From positions 125,573 through 189,572 of the forward strand of contig NIVC01001077.1 of the NCBI GenBank assembly GCA_002269645.1: a stretch of 64,000 nucleotides of DNA, in the 5' to 3' direction. This DNA is from Macrostomum lignano (Eukaryota). Position numbers and translations under genes: made by a program. Positions 13,807-25,779 of the stretch are shown in pieces; position 1 is the first letter of the stretch; every line of letters starts with the position of its first letter. A model generated the notes under the pieces. It had not been told where the DNA came from and searched no databases. It worked only from the letters and a program-made list of their open reading frames with translations.

Positions 13807-15025
13807 TTTCTCACCCGCATTGCTGGCTCCGCGGTCACCCTTTCACCCACTCTTTCACCCACTCTTTCACCCATTTTTTCTTGTTTAGCTTCAACCTACC
13901 TCGAAAGTCGCCAATGGAAGGCTGGAAGTTGAATCTGTATCCCAGAACTTGAGTCCGCAGGGGGGGGGGTCACCCGTCCCCCTCAACACGGTAAACTGAG
14001 CGAGTGGACACTGCGAGATTGACTTAAGAAGCGAAAATCAAATCAGTGCATACATCTTATCGCCCCTCTGCTATCATATTTCGGCTCAATTTGAATTAAC
14101 TCAGAGACCGCCACTGGCGCATGTAGAGGCTTAAGCAAGCACTAAGGGCTTCAATTGGCAAAGGTTTCCTCTTGGAGGCCCCCCCCCCCGACATGTTTGC
14201 CGAGCCGGTATCGCTTACACTATTGAGTTCTTCAGCTGGCCCAAAGGATGATGGCTGGACCCTGCGGGGCGCGCTCGCATTTAATCTTGGGATTTCCAGG
14301 AAAAGCCAAACTTAAAAAACAGCGAGCTTATACCCTCTCGCTAATAAAATATTCTTTGCTGCCCCCGCCATCTCAGCCATAATACACCAGCGGCCCCCAT
14401 GGGGGAGCACAGGGGCTCGAGTTTCACTTCAGGAGAATTACAAAGTCCCTGCTATACTAGTGCCTGAAACAGCAACTACCAGTGCAGCCTACATAAACGC
14501 AACAACACCCCGAAACTCGCAATTCAAGTTCCAGTCTCCGCTCAGTTGGCGAATCGGATATTTTAGCGTAACTACTTACTAAGTAGCATATGCAGCGATA
14601 AAAATCTCATGATTTTCTATAACCCCGAAGCTATATCCTTACATGTTTCACTTTCCCTCGTGACCCTCGTGATTGTTCTATTTTTAGCAACCACCGCTGA
14701 GTGACGTCAGATGAAATGGAGCGAAAAAGAATCAGTCGAGACAATTTATTAAATTTAAATTTAAATAATCTTTTTTGCCGAAGTCGCAACGTAAAATCTA
14801 ATTAATAAAATTATATTGAGCACCTTTTAAATAATTCAGAAAAAGACACAATCAAAATAGTGGCAATACAAGCTATATTTTATTGCTAAGCCAAAATTAT
14901 AGTTTGTAACGATCATAAAAGTACAAATGACGTTAATAGACAGAAAGTTGAAAGCACATTTAGCTGTCCTTGTTAGTAGTATATGCAGCTACATATACTA
15001 CTGACACTAGTAGTGTTGCCGGTAA

Positions 15026-18000
15026 TCAGTAAGCAGTTGGCACCGTCAGCCGGTAGCTGGAGGTCCTGCTGGCCGCAGACAGCGGTGCCTGGGGCGGCGC
15101 GGCGCCAGCCGACTCCATCAGGCGGCGGGCCAGCGACTTCGGCAGGCGGGCCAGCAGGTGGTTCTTCAGTCGGCGAGCAGCCGCCGCCTCCTGCGACGGC
15201 CCGTCGTCGGGCAGGTGCAGCAGGGCGAAGGCGGCCACGCGCCAGTCCGAACTGTAGAAGCCCGGACAGCGGTGCAAGCGGGACAGCACCTGCGGGTACC
15301 GACAGCGACACCAACAGCATCACCGACAGCGTCACCGACAGCGACACCAACAGCATCACCGACAGCGTCACCGACAGCGCCACCGACAGCGTCACCAACA
15401 GCGTCACCGACAGCGACACCAACAGCATCACCGACAGCGTCACCGACAGCGTCACCGACAGCGTCACCGACAGCGTCACCGACAGCGTCACCGACAGCGT
15501 CACCGACAGCGCCACCGACAGCGTCACCAACAGCGTCGCCGACAACACTGTCACAAACAACACTGTCACAAACAACACTGTCACAAACAACACTGTCACA
15601 AACAACACTGTCACAAACAACACTGTCACAAACAACACTGTCACAAACAACACTGTCACAAACAACACTGTCACAAACAACACTGTCACAAACAACACTG
15701 TCACAAACAACACTGTCACAAACAAAACTGTCACAAACAACACTGTCACAAACAAAACTGTCACAAACAACACTGTCACTAATCACCCACAATCAGTCGC
15801 TCACCTGGTCCGGACCCCTGGCCAGTATGGACAAGCAGGTGAGGGCCAGCTGCAGGCCGGCCGGCACGGGCATGAACTCGGACAGACAGAGCGCCAGCTG
15901 CTGCAGGCAGGCGAGCGACTCGCCCGGATCTCTGGCGTGCCAGTGCGACAGGCGGCACAGGAAGCCGATCTCGGCTGTGAGAGTTCGTTCCAGTGCGTTC
16001 TGCAGCGGGGCGGGAGGGTCGCGTATCTCACTTATCCAAATACTGCAGAGTGGGCCCATTTCTGACGATGAGAAAGTCAGGGTAGCCGTTGTACACCGTG
16101 TGTGAGCGTGCGTTTGCGTACGTTTTGTGTGTGTATGTGTGTAAGGTCAGAGGTCAGTGGAATGGGCATGACTGCTTGCCTCCTCGATGGCTGCGGTTCG
16201 ACTTTACCAACAACGTTTTTTACCTAGATAGAAAAGGTTCCACCTACACCTCTCTACCTACACCTCTCTACCTACACCTCTACCTACCTACACCTCTCTA
16301 CCTACCTACACTTCTCTACCTAAACCTATCTACCTACACCTCTACCTACCTACACCTCTCTACCTAAACCTATCTACCTACACCTCTACCTACCTACACC
16401 TCTCTACCTACCTACACCTCTCTACCTACCAACACCTCTCTACCTACCTACACCTCTCTACCTACCTACACCTCTCTACCAACACCTCTCTACCTACCTC
16501 TCTACCTACCTACACCTCTCTACCAACACCTCTCTACCTACACCTCTACCTACCTACGCCTCTCTACCTACACCTCTCTACCTAAACCTATCTACCTACA
16601 CCTCTACCTACCTACACCTCTGGACCTACACCTCTCTACCTAAACCTATCTACCTACACCTCTTTAAATACACATCTCTACCTACCTACACATCTACCTA
16701 CCCCCTGAGTCAGACGCACTTAACCCACCTGAAAGGTGACCAGCTCAGCCTGATCAGGCAGATGCGGCTGCAGCAGCGGCAGGCTCTCTCTGCACAGCCG
16801 GTATTTGAAACTCGGCGCCAAGCGCAGCTTCGATTCATCGAGCGCGGCCGACAGAAAGGCCCGCGAATCGGCGCACTCGGCCAGCGGGTCAGCCGTCAAA
16901 ATCGACGACCCGAAATCGTCGGCTTCGTCCGGCCCCTCGATGACCTCGAAGCCGGAGGCTTCGCCTGCCAGCGCCTCGCCGTCGTCGATGCAGTCGTCGT
17001 TGTCTTCGTCATCTGGCGAGAGCAGGCCGGCGTCGTCGGCGCCGCGGCGCCACAGCGCGTCGAGCAGCACCTGCCGACGAGAGGCCCGGCGCCCGTGCCG
17101 CCGCGGCTGGCCGACAGTCCTTCCAGCAGCCGGCGCCAGCAGCTGTCCTGCGGAGTAGATAAGAGGCAATCTACCTTATCTACTTTATCTACCTTATCTG
17201 CCTTATCTACCTTTTCTACTTTGTCTACTCTACCGGTATTTATCTTATCTACTCTATCTAATTTATATACCTTATCTACTTTATCTCCTTATCAGATGAA
17301 ATTTTATTATTAAACTAACAATAATGACTGCACAAGGTCAAAAGCTACATCTAGTTTTGGCACATTATGTCTATGTAGAAGGGGCAATTGGAGAAAAAGC
17401 TCACGGGGGACGCTGATATCTTAGGCTAGATAACTGGCTTTCAGGGCTGATGCTGTTTTTTCTTTAAACATCATATAGTTCATTCAAAGAAAGTTATTTA
17501 TTTCTCTTTTGCATCCCCAACGGGGGGCGTTGATGGCTAGTCCATATACTAAAAACGGTTTGTCGGTAGGTATAGGTATGTAATCCAGAGCTCGCAAATC
17601 ACTACAAGCATTTAAGCTCAATTTTGTAGCCACTAAAAAAAGCACACCTTCAATTCCGACTGAGGCCGCTCGACAAACGAGATGTCCGCGAAAAGCTCAC
17701 CAAAGCTAGTCTCAACGGCCAGGTCGGGCCCGATGAACACCGGGCCGCTTCGGTCACCTCGACGCGATGGGTCGGCGAGTTCGGAGGCGTAGCAGCCGAG
17801 GCACAGACGGTATTGCACCTGCCACGGGGAGAGATATGATTTAAACATAAAAACACTATTTATGGATCCGAAAATTTAAATTGGTAAATTTTTATTGCCT
17901 ATTTCAAGACATTAGTCAGTTGCTTGCCGAGTTTGCAGAGCGGCCTACAAGGGTTTTAGACTAGTGGTTAGAGCGTTGGACTTATGACTGGAAGGTCGGG

Positions 18001-21000
18001 GGTTCGATTCTCGACACACTCGAAACATTTTGTGTTATGGAGCAAGACACTTAACTCTGCATTGCTTCAGTTCACCAGCTGTAAAATGGGTGCCAGCATT
18101 GGCTGAGGCAATTGAGGGTGTGTGTGGTGACCCCCCCCCCCCAGTCCTTGGACTGAACAGCCGTACGCAGCCTTCAGATGCACCGCGCAATAGCTGCGGC
18201 TGACTTGTCGGTTGCACATCTGGCCCATTGGGGCAGTGCAGATATAATCAATTATAATTATTAGCAGTTGCTACTACCGCGAGATTAACTGCAGTTATTT
18301 CACAGCCCAGAATCGACAGACTCTGACCTGCGGAAATTCTTGACGCAACCGACGCGTCACCAGCGACACGAGCAGCTGGCGGAGCGCCAGGCCGATCCGG
18401 ATGTCCGGATTAGACAGCAGAGTCCTGAGCAGCAGCCAGGCTGGCTGATTCGAGTCCAGGGCGGATGAAACGGTTGGGGAGAAGCCGGCGACAGCGGATG
18501 CCGGCCTCAGGCTCATCTGGAGGCGGGATGGATCGGATGGAGGGTGCAAACTGCTAGAGGCAACTTGGGATCTGGGAGGCTGGGACAGTAACTGAGGATA
18601 TGGGAGGCTGGGACAGTAACTGAGGATATGGGAGGCTGGCCCAGCAACCGAGGATCTGGGAGGCTGGCCCAGCAACTGAGGATCTGGGAGGCTGGCCCAG
18701 CAACTAAGGATCTGGGAGGCTGGCCCAGCAACTAAGGATCTGGGAGGCTGGCCCAGCAACTAAGGATCTGGGAGGCTGGCCCAGCAACTAAGGATCTGGG
18801 AGGCTGGCCCAGCAACTAAGGATCTGGGAGGCTGGCCCAGCAACTAAGGATCTGGGAGGCTGGCCCAGCAACTAAGGATCTGGGAGGCTGGCCCAGCAAC
18901 TAAGGATCTGGGAGGCTGGCCCAGCAACTAAGGATCTGGGAGGGCGGCACTGACACAGCCCGAGGATCTGGGAATTCACCAGCAGGTGCAACAGTCTGGC
19001 AGCGAACCCGCCGCCGTCATTCAGCCGGGCCAGCTCGGCCAGCAACCGCCGCCGGCTGATGGGGAAACGGCCGACCAGCAGCGGCGGCCGCCAGCCCCGC
19101 CCAGCCGACAGAATCTGCAGCCCGCTGGCCCCGCCAACGACGTCCGGGCAGTGCGAGTCCAGCAACAAATCGGCCGGCCCGAAGATCGGCCAGTCGAGTC
19201 GCAGCGTCACCGGCAGCGGCAGCGCGCCGGGATTGGCGTTCACAACGCACACAGCCGCGTTGCCAATGAAAACAAATACGAAACCGTTGCTTAGCAACCA
19301 GCGCAGGCGAAGGCTATGTCGATTGTTGTCCGCGTCGCTGAGGTTGCTGTCAAGCGGAGTTTGCGGCGTCTCTTTGGCTGGCCAGAAACATGAGAACACG
19401 CAGCGGTTCGGCAATATAAATACCTGTTGCCATGAAGGTTTGGGGTTAGGGTAGATTTCAACAAATTTCCTTCTCAAGACACCTCAAGACAACCTAAGAC
19501 CCCTTCTTAAGACACCTCAAGACTCCTCCTTAAGATACTTCAAGACATCTCAAGACACCTCAAGACACCCCAAGACCCCTCCTTAAAACACCTCAAGAGC
19601 CACCTTAAGACAAATTAAGACACCTCAAGAAAACTCAAGACACCTCCTCAAGACACCCCAAGACCTTCCTTACGACACCTTAAAATATCTTAAGACACCT
19701 CAATATACCTCCAGACACCTCAAGACAACCCCAAGACCCTCATTAAGACACCTAAGGACACCTCAAGACACCCCAAGATACTCCAAGACACCTTACGACA
19801 CCCCAAGATACCTGAAGACACCCCAAGATACCTGAAGACACCCCAAGATACCTGAAAACACCTTAAGACACCCAAGACACCTCCTTAAGACACCTCTTCA
19901 AGCAACCTGGAGCAATCCTCACAAGCAAGCTCCAAAATCAGCAATCAACAGCACAAAACTGCCAGGCACTTCAGCTATACTTGCCTTGAACAGCCAGTCG
20001 ATGCCGGAGCCGGCGCAGCCATCGACCAGCATCACCAGATGATCACCGGCCGTCGGCATGGCGCAGCCGGCCACCAGCCCGGTGCACTGCCAGCTGTAAG
20101 CCAGCACCTGCTGGGCGGTGGCGCCAGGCACAGCTGGAGAAAAATGCCGGCCAAGATGGCCAGCCCGGATGCTCAACTGGATGGGGAAAGTGCACACAAT
20201 TGAGTAAACTAGCCGATTAGCTGAGCAGTGCAAGCTGGTGAAGGTGAACTGGTGCACGTCGCCATAAAACGAATCAATGTGCAGCAGGAACAGGCTGCGA
20301 TTCACCGGGCAGTACTGGCAGCAGATCACGTGCTTCTTGACTACCTGATGCAGCTGCTGCATAGCCGTATTGCCAGCTGATTCATCCAGCTGATGCTGAC
20401 TCGATAATTGTGTGTTGAATTTTTTCAGCTCTACCGTGCCACGACCGTTGCTGCGTTTGTGTTGGGGAAATGAGAATGGGCCGCTCAGAATCGTAAAACT
20501 ACTCATGGGGAATCGCAAAACTACTCAGGGGAATCGCTAAACTACTCAGGGGAATCGCTAAACTACTCACGGGGAATCGTTAATCTTACTCACGGGGAAT
20601 CGCTAAACTACTCATGGAAATCGCAAAACTACTCAGGGGAATCGCTAAACTACTCAGGGGAATCGCCAAACTACTCACGGGGAATCGCTAAACTACTCAG
20701 GGGCATCGCTAAACTACTCACGGGAATCGCTAAACTACTCACGGGAATCGCTAAACTACTCACGGGGAATCGCCAAACTACTCAGGGGAATCGCAAAACT
20801 ACTCAGGGGAATTGCTAAACACTCACGGGGGATGGCCAAACTACTCACGGGGAATCGCTAAACTACTTAGGGGAATCGCCAAACTACTCACGGGGAATCG
20901 CTAATCTTATTTATTCACGGGGAATCGCTAATCTTACTCACGAGGAATCGCTAAACTACTCATGGGGAATCGCTAAACTACTCACGGGGAATCGCTAAAC

Positions 21001-22048
21001 TACTCACGGGGAATCGCTAAACTACTCACGGGGAATCGCTAAACTACTCAGGGGAATCGCTAAACTACTCATGGGGAATCGCTAAACTACTCACGGGGAA
21101 TCGCTAAACTACTCACGGGGAATCGCTAAACTACTCACGGGGAATCGCTAAACTACTCAGGGGAATCACCAAACTACTCAGGGGAATCGCCAAACTACTC
21201 AGTGTGATAGCATACTTGGGATGTGGGGTATCTCACCGGTATCTGTGAGACGATGTCGCCGAAGGCGAAGCGCCAGGGTGGTTACAACTGAATATTATTG
21301 TTAGTATAGGAAGGTGTGTAGGCAGGTAGGTAGGTAGGTAGGTGAATAGATGGGTAGGTAGGTAGAAAGTAAGGTAGGTAGGTAGGTAGGTAGGTAGGTA
21401 GGTAGGTAGGTAGGTAGGTAGGTAGGTAGGTAGGTAGGTAGGTAGGTAGGTAGGTAGGTAGGTAGGTAGGTAGGTAGGTAGGTAGGTAGGTAGGTAGGTA
21501 GGTAGGTAGGTAGGTAGGTAGGTAGGTAGGTAGGTAGGTAGGTAGTTAGGTAGGTGGTAAGGTAGGTAGGGTTAGTCAAAAAGAATATTTGAAATGGCCC
21601 ACCCGAGGCAGCGGATCTGCAGGAAATACTCCACTGCTGGCTCATTGATGGCGGATTGTCGCAGCAGCCGGCAGCAGACAGGATGCTCGTGCTGCGCCAA
21701 CACTATTAAAGTTCCAGTCGCTGACGATCTGCTGCTGCTGCTACTGCTGGTACAGTCAATGAAAACAACAGCATAGTTGGCCTTGGCGGCTGGCTGAAGC
21801 AGCTGGATAGAGGCAAGTAGATTTGTGCGGTCTCGACTGCACGAGGCTGATAGTACACGGCTGCAGTCCAGTCTGGCTAACAGGTGCACCCGATTAGTTG
21901 CTAGGCAAGCTAGGTAGATAGACGAAGTGTCTGTCTGCTCCATGGTAGCCAGAAGGACCTCAGTGCTGGAATCTCGACCAACCAATTGAAAGCTGGCATC
22001 GGCTGGTAGACAACTGCTTGTTAGCTGGGTCACACTGCCCAGCTGCAT
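15026..22048 (-). CDS. GSAP: Gamma-secretase-activating protein (GSAP/PION, pigeon) homolog; complement(join(15026..15289,15805..15999,16729..17147,17701..17818,18328..18516,18980..19423,19985..20450,21603..22048)), 846 aa
   Basis: Eight exons join with consistent phases into 847 codons, close to the recalled ~854 aa of human GSAP. Colinear similarity blocks (human sequence from memory, no search run): [17 protein letters not shown] ~ VFSCSVNSERTLLAASL; [16 protein letters not shown] ~ FVWAQWDMSEQRLYYI; [18 protein letters not shown] ~ LFLPLPPGFHTLHTILGV; [18 protein letters not shown] ~ KLKFSIIVRLPPLIGQKI. A minus-strand AATAAA lies at ~14880. One intron is GC-AG. Confidence 0.72.
15299..15780. 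repeat. Compound array: 12-bp (gacagcgtcacc) followed by 15-bp (aacaacactgtcaca), in the last GSAP intron
   Basis: Visible; it fills the intron between exons at 15289 and 15805. Confidence 0.93.
16238..16702. repeat. ctacctacacctct-type low-complexity repeat in a GSAP intron
   Basis: Visible. Confidence 0.9.
17945..18262 (+). mobile_element. tRNA-derived SINE, family A (CORE-SINE-like), copy 1, antisense within a GSAP intron
   Basis: A box tagtggttagagcg and B box ggttcgattc. The body gagcaagacacttaactc...cttcagttcaccagctgtaaaatgggt resembles the MIR/CORE domain, and there is an AT-rich tail. A second copy lies at 28640-28930. Confidence 0.8.
18565..18945. repeat. 28-bp minisatellite (ggatctgggaggctggcccagcaactaa) in a GSAP intron
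   Basis: Visible. Confidence 0.93.
19480..19900. repeat. Degenerate aagacacc(t/c)c repeat filling the GSAP GC-AG intron
   Basis: Visible. Confidence 0.88.
20500..21202. repeat. ~22-bp minisatellite (ctactcacggggaatcgctaaa) in GSAP intron 1
   Basis: Visible. Confidence 0.93.
21310..21572. repeat. (TAGG)n microsatellite in GSAP intron 1
   Basis: Visible. Confidence 0.96.
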
Positions 22049-24061
22049 GTCCTAAAGCTCCATGGACATCAAGAATTATTCGAGCAAAAATAATCAGAGT
22101 GCAAGAAAAATTAGTAAAATACTACTTTTTTATTAAGTAATCAAATTCATAGAGAAAATAAGAATTAATATAATAGCGATTTAAAAAATGAGTATAAATG
22201 ATATTAGCTAAGTACCAAAGTTATATGATTAAATCATTACAATTATAAAGAGTTAAGTATGAGTAAAACAATAATGTTTTAATTTTTAAAGTATAATTAG
22301 TTGACTAACATTAGCAATATCAAAGACCAAAACAGTACTGTGTTGTATTTTATGCCTGTATGTCACTGAAAATAGGCTTGAGGTATCAGAAGTCGTGTAT
22401 TTTGCCTCTAAAATAAGCTATAAGGAAATTATGCAAACAAAAGATATCTAACAGTGAGTAAAAAGCAACTAAAACTTAGCTTGTTTTTTTGTTCAAAAAA
22501 CATAAGAAATAAACAATACAGTCCAGTCATACAAGTATTTTAAATACTGCTTAACAATTGAAATTCTTTTTATTAACAAAGGCTTCTCCTCTTCTCAATG
22601 TAACCCTTTTAAATAATGAAATGAAGTTTTTTAGTTTTCTAGCAAAAAACACTACTTTTACATTTAACAATGAATGTAGACCTACTAAAACATGATTCAC
22701 AAAAATATAGTATCTAAAGCGTCTAATTCATCACAATTAGTCTTATTGTATTCATTGCATGCATCATTTGTATCTTTTTGTTGACTATTTTTGACAGAAA
22801 CGGTACTATCATCTCAACTCAAGCCAAAATTAGTTCGGTGCTTTGAATTTAAAACACTGCATTGACTCATTGATTAGTTTAACAAAGTAGCGAATGAACA
22901 GAATACAAAAGTGAAATTAAGAATTTGTTCATTTATGTTAGGTAAGTTAGTTAAAATAAAAAGGTTTTTATTAGGTTTATTAGTTTAGAGCAGTGACCTC
23001 GACAAACATGGTGGTGGTTGTATTATACACTTACACTACTTACACGTGCATGAGCTGGAGTTAGTTCAAATCATATGCTGCGTACTTGGCACTTATACCA
23101 ATACGGCGGCTTTTAGTGTGGCTTGTATAGTAGGAATCGCCCTAGGAAAAATCGAAGTAAACATTTATCATATATCAATTTTATAGCCCTAGGCCTTTTT
23201 TAGCCTAGGCCTATGCCTTCTGACTAGATAGGCCCCTAGGCCTAATGCTGATGCAAAGCCTAGGCCTAACCCTATACTATACTGGCTGGCTAGGCCTATA
23301 TTATAGGTTATATAGGCCTAACCTAGCCCAGGCGTTGTAGGCCTACTATCACACAATGGGATTTTTAAGCAAAATTTTGACTAGACCTAAAACCTTTTAA
23401 ATATGATCAATACTCCAATAATAGGACCTAGGCTCCCTAAAAATGTTTAGGCCCTAGAACCTAAGGGCCTAATCAGTAACAGTAATCATTAGATTTTTCA
23501 TTAGCTGCTAGGTCTAATGCCAGTAATGGAAATTGAGATAAATTATATATATAGATAGTAGGCCCAGGCTTAATTAATGTAGTAATGACAATGAGTAAGG
23601 CCTAATGAGTAATTTTATATCCTAGGGTCTAATCTTGAGTCCTAATAATGTTAAATGATAGGCCTAAATATTTAGGTAGGGCCTAGTTCTATTAGAAAAA
23701 ATAATTGCCATCTTAGACATTAGAGTTTTACCTATCCTAATTTAAAGATTTAAATAGGTAGTTAAGGTCCATATTCTGAAAAATTTAGGCCTAGTGTATA
23801 CTAGAAATTTATTATATGGCCTAAAACCTTAGGCTTAGCATATATGCCATAAGGCATTCTATGCAAATTAAAAAATGTTGGCTGACATATTAGATTTTTT
23901 GGTAGGCCCTATTGGCATATACATGCGATGTATGATGTATCTGCTTATCATTAGCATGCATTTTTAAATTTAGTTTGAGATATTCTAGTATGCAATCAAA
24001 ATTATCTAGATTATGAGTTGAAGCAATATAAAGGCATAAGTCCAAAGTCAAAGGCTTAGGC

Positions 24062-25246
24062 CAGGGGTCGGCAACCTTTTTCCACTTGAGGGCCAGATGA
24101 GATTTTTAGTTTAAGACCATAGGCCATAGGTTGCCCCCTCAATTATTCTGTCCCTTCTTGATTGCTCTGTCCCCCCCCCCTCATTAGGTCTTTACCCTCT
24201 AGAATCCGCCCGTTGGGCTTGGGTCTTTACCTTCAAGAATGCGCTCCTTGGGTCTTTGTCTATATCCTCTAGAATCTACCATCCAGAAAGACCCAGTTAC
24301 TTTCTTCTAGGATCTTTACCCTCTAGAATCTGCCCCCTGGGTCTTTCTCCAGAATCTGCTCTCCTGGGTCTTTACCCTCCAGAATCTGCCCCCTGGGTCT
24401 TTCTCCAGAATCTGCTCTCTTGGGTATTTACCCTCCAGAATCTGCCCCCTGGGTCTTTCTCCAGAATCTGCTCTCTTGGGTATTTACCCTCCAGAATCTG
24501 CCCCCTGGGTCTTTCTCCAGAATCTGCTCTCCTGGGTCTTTACCCTCCAGAATCTGCCCCCTGGGTCTTTCTCCAGAATCTGCTCTCCTGGGTCTTTACC
24601 CTCTAGAATTTGCCCCCTGGGTCTTTCTCTAGAATCTGCTCTCCTGGGTCTTTACCCTCTAGAATCTGCCCCCCTGGGTCTTTCTCCAGAATCTGCTCTC
24701 CTGGGTCTTTACCCTCCAGAATCTGCCCCTTGGTCTTTCTCTAGAATCTGCTCTCCTGGGTCTTTACCCTCTAGAATCTGCCCCCTGGGTCTTTCTCCAG
24801 AATCTGCTCTCCTGGGTCTTTACCCTCTAGAATCTGCCCCCTGGGTCTTTCTCTAGAATCTGCTCTCCTGGGTCTTTACCCTCTAGAATCTGCCCCCCTG
24901 GGTCTTTCTCCAGAATCTGCTCTCCTGGGTCTTTACCCTCTAGAATCTGCCCCCTGGGTCTTTCTCTAGAATCTGCTCTCCTGGGTCTTTACCCTCTGGA
25001 ATCTGCTCTCTGGTTCTTTAGTACATTACTATATTTGTACCCCTCCCTATTATTTGTCATTAAAGTTGGCAATTGAGAAAAGAAATTCCCCATTTTTAGT
25101 GCACAAAACTTTTGTGGATAAAACAATGCAGTTACAATAAAGGTGCAGGCCAGATTATAGTAATGAAGATAAAGGAAGTTTGCAGGCCACATAGAAAGTC
25201 TTTGCAGGCTGGATCTGGCCCGCAGGCTAGAGGTTGCTGACCCTTG
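24062..25246. mobile_element. Non-autonomous hAT/Charlie (MER58-like) MITE 1 carrying a ~28-bp tandem array
   Basis: TIRs caggggtcggcaacct ... aggttgctgacccttg match at 14/16. There is a perfect 8-bp TSD gcttaggc (24054-24061 and 25247-25254). The internal array is ctgggtctttaccctctagaatctgc(c/t)c at ~24200-25010. Confidence 0.88.
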
Positions 25247-25779
25247 GCTTAGGCCAACTTTATTTATCTAAACTGATTATATTTTTTATATGTTATTAAT
25301 ACTTTGTTTTGGCTATTATAGCTAGCCAAGGGTCAAATTGTGCCAGATAATTATTTTAATGTGCCTGAAAAATACAAGTAGCAAATGTGCCAAAAATGGA
25401 TATAATATAACCCCAAAGACTTAAATATCTCCCTTTGCATTGAAAGCCCTACATAGGCCTACTATCTTTGGCCCACAATGTCAACAGTTATATAGCATCA
25501 AAAATTTACTGAAGTCCCTAACCCTAAAACTTAAGTGAAGAGTTCTCCTTGTTTTAAAATTGGCAACATTTTTTTTTATTAGCCTAACCCTAACCCTCAT
25601 ATATAAAATCAATAGTTCCAACTATCCAATGAAATGATCATTCAAGTCTTAGTTTTCTAAGATTCTTGCAGTCTAATTAATCTGAATTTATAGCATTTAA
25701 ATTATCCACAAATTAATTTATAACCTTCATGAAACTTCTATACAATATAATAAATAGCTAATCATAGCCATAGCAGCAG

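Noticed and set aside
14983-16105. Plus-strand mucin-like ORFs (360 and 315 aa)
   Set aside because: They are antisense read-through of GSAP exons plus the intronic 12/15-bp arrays.
17648-17700. Alternative GSAP exon-5 donor aag|gtgtgc at 17648
   Set aside because: It is phase 0, while the best next acceptor (ccgcag|ga, 17147) needs phase 1. The donor tttg|gtgagc at 17701 fits and is closer to consensus.
17950-18025. Possible tRNA genes (also at ~28850-28925, 42900-42970, 43058-43130 and 56890-56960)
   Set aside because: A/B boxes are present, but each continues into a shared SINE body with tail and TSD and lacks a clean cloverleaf.
25515-25600. Telomere-like ccctaaccctaa words
   Set aside because: Only two short copies each in AT-rich DNA; insufficient for an interstitial telomeric array.
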